A DNA stretch of 63,848 nucleotides, the filler included, from Chiloscyllium plagiosum (taxonomy: Eukaryota): the NCBI RefSeq assembly GCF_004010195.1. It is 4 parts of one record of this genome, joined end to end, with 100 filler letters (N's around TTAATTAATTAA, not from the genome) between each part and the next. Parts side by side here need not be neighbours in the genome. Positions count along the whole stretch, not along the records: positions 60,301 to 63,848 come from NC_057711.1; 3 more parts are not named here. One strand, given 5' to 3'. The number at the start of each line of letters is the position of its first letter. The first letter of the stretch is position 1. The translations under genes were made by a program, and so were the position numbers. The notes beneath the pieces are model-generated. The model worked only from the letters and a program-made list of their open reading frames with translations. It did not search any database and had not been told where the DNA came from. Shown here in pieces: positions 61,116 through 63,848 of the stretch.

Positions 61116-61885
61116 GCCTTTCCCTTTAATATTTTTATTTACCCTTCAAACTAAGAGGAACAACAACATTATATTCACTCTGTCCATGCTCCTCATAATC
61201 ATGCACACCTCTCTCAAGTTCCTCCTCAACCTATCTACTCCAACGAAAACATTGCAAGCTTAACCAGCTTCTCTTCATAGCTGAAATGCTCCATCTCAGG
61301 CAATATCCGGGGGAATTGCCTTTCCTCCTACACCATCCCCTGCCTCCCTGTCCCCCAATGCACAGACAGATGTGCACGCGCGCACAAGCAGACACGATGG
61401 ATTATTTATTCAGTATTCCTGGCTGATGATGGATGGAAATATTTCTGCCTGGTCCTTTACACTGATTTTGCTGGACTGCCCTATCACAGATGATGCGAAC
61501 ATTTGAGGAACTTCCTCCTCAAATGTTGTTTATTTGTGCCCTGCCATTCATGATTGGAGATGGTAGGTCTGCAGAGCTTTGATTTGATTTGTTGATTTTG
61601 CAATTGCTTAGGGCAGCAATGGCATAAAATATATCATGGGTGGGAGACTTCACTATCACTGAGACTAATCTTTAGCATTAGAGCTGGCAGAACCCTAGAG
61701 GACAAAGGTGCCAGATTGAGCCTGCACAGAGTACCCACGTAAATAAATAAATCTATAAGACCATATTCTTATTAATCTACCTGTCAACATAGTATTAACA
61801 ATAGCGATCTGGAGACAACTCTCATATTCATGTTGTGTGGCATTATCGTGGTGCTAAATGTGTGATGTTGCTGCTTCTTTAACAA

Positions 61886-62500
61886 GGTTATGTTGTCCTT
61901 GGTTTTTTCAAAAGCGGTTATAAATGACAGAGGTTCCAATTTATCTAGAATAAGGCCACTTTGATTATGGCGAACAGATATTGCTAAAGGCATCAATCAA
62001 GGAAAGGTCTTTAGGTTTTTTCCCTTAAAACACTTGTACAGTGAAAGGGGAGTGGCCAGTTCTGCCAGTTCAGGGATTTTTCTAGTTTGGTTTAGTTTTA
62101 GTTGGGGACCCCAAGAAGCTGCTGGAAAAAAGAAAGATGTTTCATGTTTCAGCCAATGATCCCTGGCTGATCCTCTCTGCAATCTCTATCCACTGTAAGA
62201 ACCCGTGTTTGAATTTAACTTTTTGTCAAGGCATGTGTTTACAGGATGTTGCAGGAAATCAGAACAGCTCTTTATTAAATTGCAGGAGATATTGTGTTGG
62301 TTGGGTTTTCAAATAGTTGTTATTCTAAATTCTGTTTTCTTTTGCTTGGGTTTCATTCGGTAGTTTGTAATAAATTCTGTTTTGTTTAAAACGGAGTGAT
62401 TTGACCAGTTGCATCTCTTCTGCTTAAAACAACTAGAAAAGTTTAGGGTCTGTTCCACCTTCTTGAAATGTTTTGTGGGGATCTGGCCTGGTTCATAGCA
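61886..62500 (+). mobile_element. Probable solo LTR (Gypsy-type)
   Basis: Begins (G)GTTATG, has AATAAA at ~62368, and ends GGCCTGGTTCATAGCA. No clear TSD. Confidence 0.55.
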
Positions 62501-62809
62501 AATGTCGTGTTATTATCACATCTAACAGCTTGAAACCTGGCATCCACTATGAATGGTTTTCCACCAGATATAACAGAGATGTATTACTCCCTTATTTGTA
62601 ACTCATAGCTCCACATATCTCTCACTCTTTTATCTTTCTCAAGCCAGATAACTTGATTTTAATACAGATGTAGCAGAACACATCCCAAGAGCACCCAAGA
62701 TTACCTAAAACTTATTTACCAACCTGCAGAAGCTGCAATATAGGATCACATGCAAGCTGAGCAGCAGAGACAGGTTCCAAACAAACCTAAAGAATGGTGA
62801 ATACTAGAA

Positions 62810-62915
62810 ATCAGAAACAAAAACAGAAATTGCTAGAAAAACTCACCACCTTTGGCAGCATCTGTGGAGAGAAAGCAGAGTTTACATTTCGGGTCGAGTG
62901 ACCCTTTTTCAGAAA
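62810..62915 (-). mobile_element. PLE family C terminal fragment with a decayed HHR
   Basis: Similar to 52912-53010; the minus strand reads CTGAAAAAGGGTCACTCGACCCGAAATGTA. Confidence 0.7.
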
Positions 62916-63550
62916 TTCTGTTTCTGATTTTGTTTGTGAGCAGAGACAACATGCTGCAGACACAGCTAAATATCCTCAAGATCAATGCATTAGGTCAAAG
63001 CTATATGGTCCTACCTCATCAAGAGGGATTTGATTGTGAAGAAACAACTAAGTGGAAGTGGAATTCCAGGAACATTCTCGTCCTCAGTGGTGGTAGAATC
63101 TGACACATAAATGTAATCACAGGCTGAAACAATCATAGCCACATTTGCCAGAAATGCTTGATGGATGATTCCTCTCAGCCTCCTTCTTTCATGAGCTACC
63201 CCATCGTATATACCAGTCTCCAGCCAATTCGATTTACCTCAATAAATCACTTAATGGATTGGACACTTCAACTTCTGTGGAGCCTGTCATCATCCTGACC
63301 AGAGTGGTAACACTCCATGGTCCAGGACAAACTCCACCCTAGTCAATCCATTCCGGTACAATAATTCTGATATTTTGCCGAGTCGGAAGAGGGTGGACTA
63401 GGTGGAGGAAATTAAGAGGTCACTTCAGGCTTGCTTGGAAAAATGCAATTATACTTAAGATGCTGGCTGATTCGCTCTAGTTATACAGTTCTAACCTTGA
63501 TGCAGTGTCTTTGAGTGCAGTTTGTGGCAACCATTAGACACTGTGGAGAT

Positions 63551-63657
63551 TGTAACAGAGTCAGCCAAGTAGACCTCATAGAATATGAATTCCCTGATTG
63601 GGGCTGTTAATGTGGTCCAATCAGAGAGCATTGGCTCATATATATAAACAGAGCTGT
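63551..63657 (+). mobile_element. 5' part of a Gypsy LTR, same family as 23209-23431
   Basis: TGTAAC...CATAGAATATGAATTCCCTGATTGGGGCTGTTAATGTGGTCCAATCA...ATATAAAC aligns to the reverse complement of ~23335-23431. Confidence 0.72.
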
Positions 63658-63848
63658 GCCTGCCCTTCTTCCGCGGTTATGTTAGAGCCCGGGTGTCCTT
63701 GGAGAAGGAGCACGCGGTGTCCACCAACACCCTGGAGTTGTTCAGGAGAGGTGGGCCGCCGCAGGGAGTGGGTGCATTATTTCTCCCTCCAACTCTATTT
63801 TGATTTAGTCCCTACCCTCCCCTTCACTGTTTTGATCACACAGCACTG
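63656..63848 (+). mobile_element. Tx1-like LINE ORF2 C-terminus and 3' UTR
   Basis: CLPFFRGYVRARVSLEKEHAVSTNTLELFR.RW...CIISPSNSILI*, with small indels. Confidence 0.65.

Overview
This window is repeat-dominated eukaryotic DNA, most likely from a shark or ray. The basis is the HE1-type V-SINEs paired with HER1/CR1 LINEs; the species cannot be determined from the sequence alone. It is not one continuous locus. Three identical 100-bp spacers (44 N + TTAATTAATTAA + 44 N) split it into four pieces (1-26779, 26880-48921, 49022-60200, 60301-63848), and there is one ordinary scaffold gap at 43204-43578. Most of the sequence is decayed, nested retroelements. These include CR1 LINEs (two near full length), HE1-like SINEs and at least three Penelope-like element (PLE) families whose terminal repeats carry minimal hammerhead ribozyme (HHR) motifs. 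There is also a canonical Ty3/Gypsy relic, two Gmr1-like LTR retrotransposon relics with integrase placed before RT, solo LTRs, a pogo/Tigger-like MITE, and Rex1-, Tx1- and L2-like scraps. I see no intact protein-coding ORF. Host-gene candidates are limited to a CpG-rich promoter/first exon ending ATG|GTGAGT at about 29.4-29.8 kb and a possible 90-nt coding exon at 52539-52628 (-). The most interesting biology is the dense set of short HHR-carrying PLE derivatives, including a retrozyme-like unit with tandem HHRs at 42015-42571, and the Gmr1-like elements. Boundaries without a stated target-site duplication (TSD) are approximate, and family assignments are from motif recognition, not database searches.
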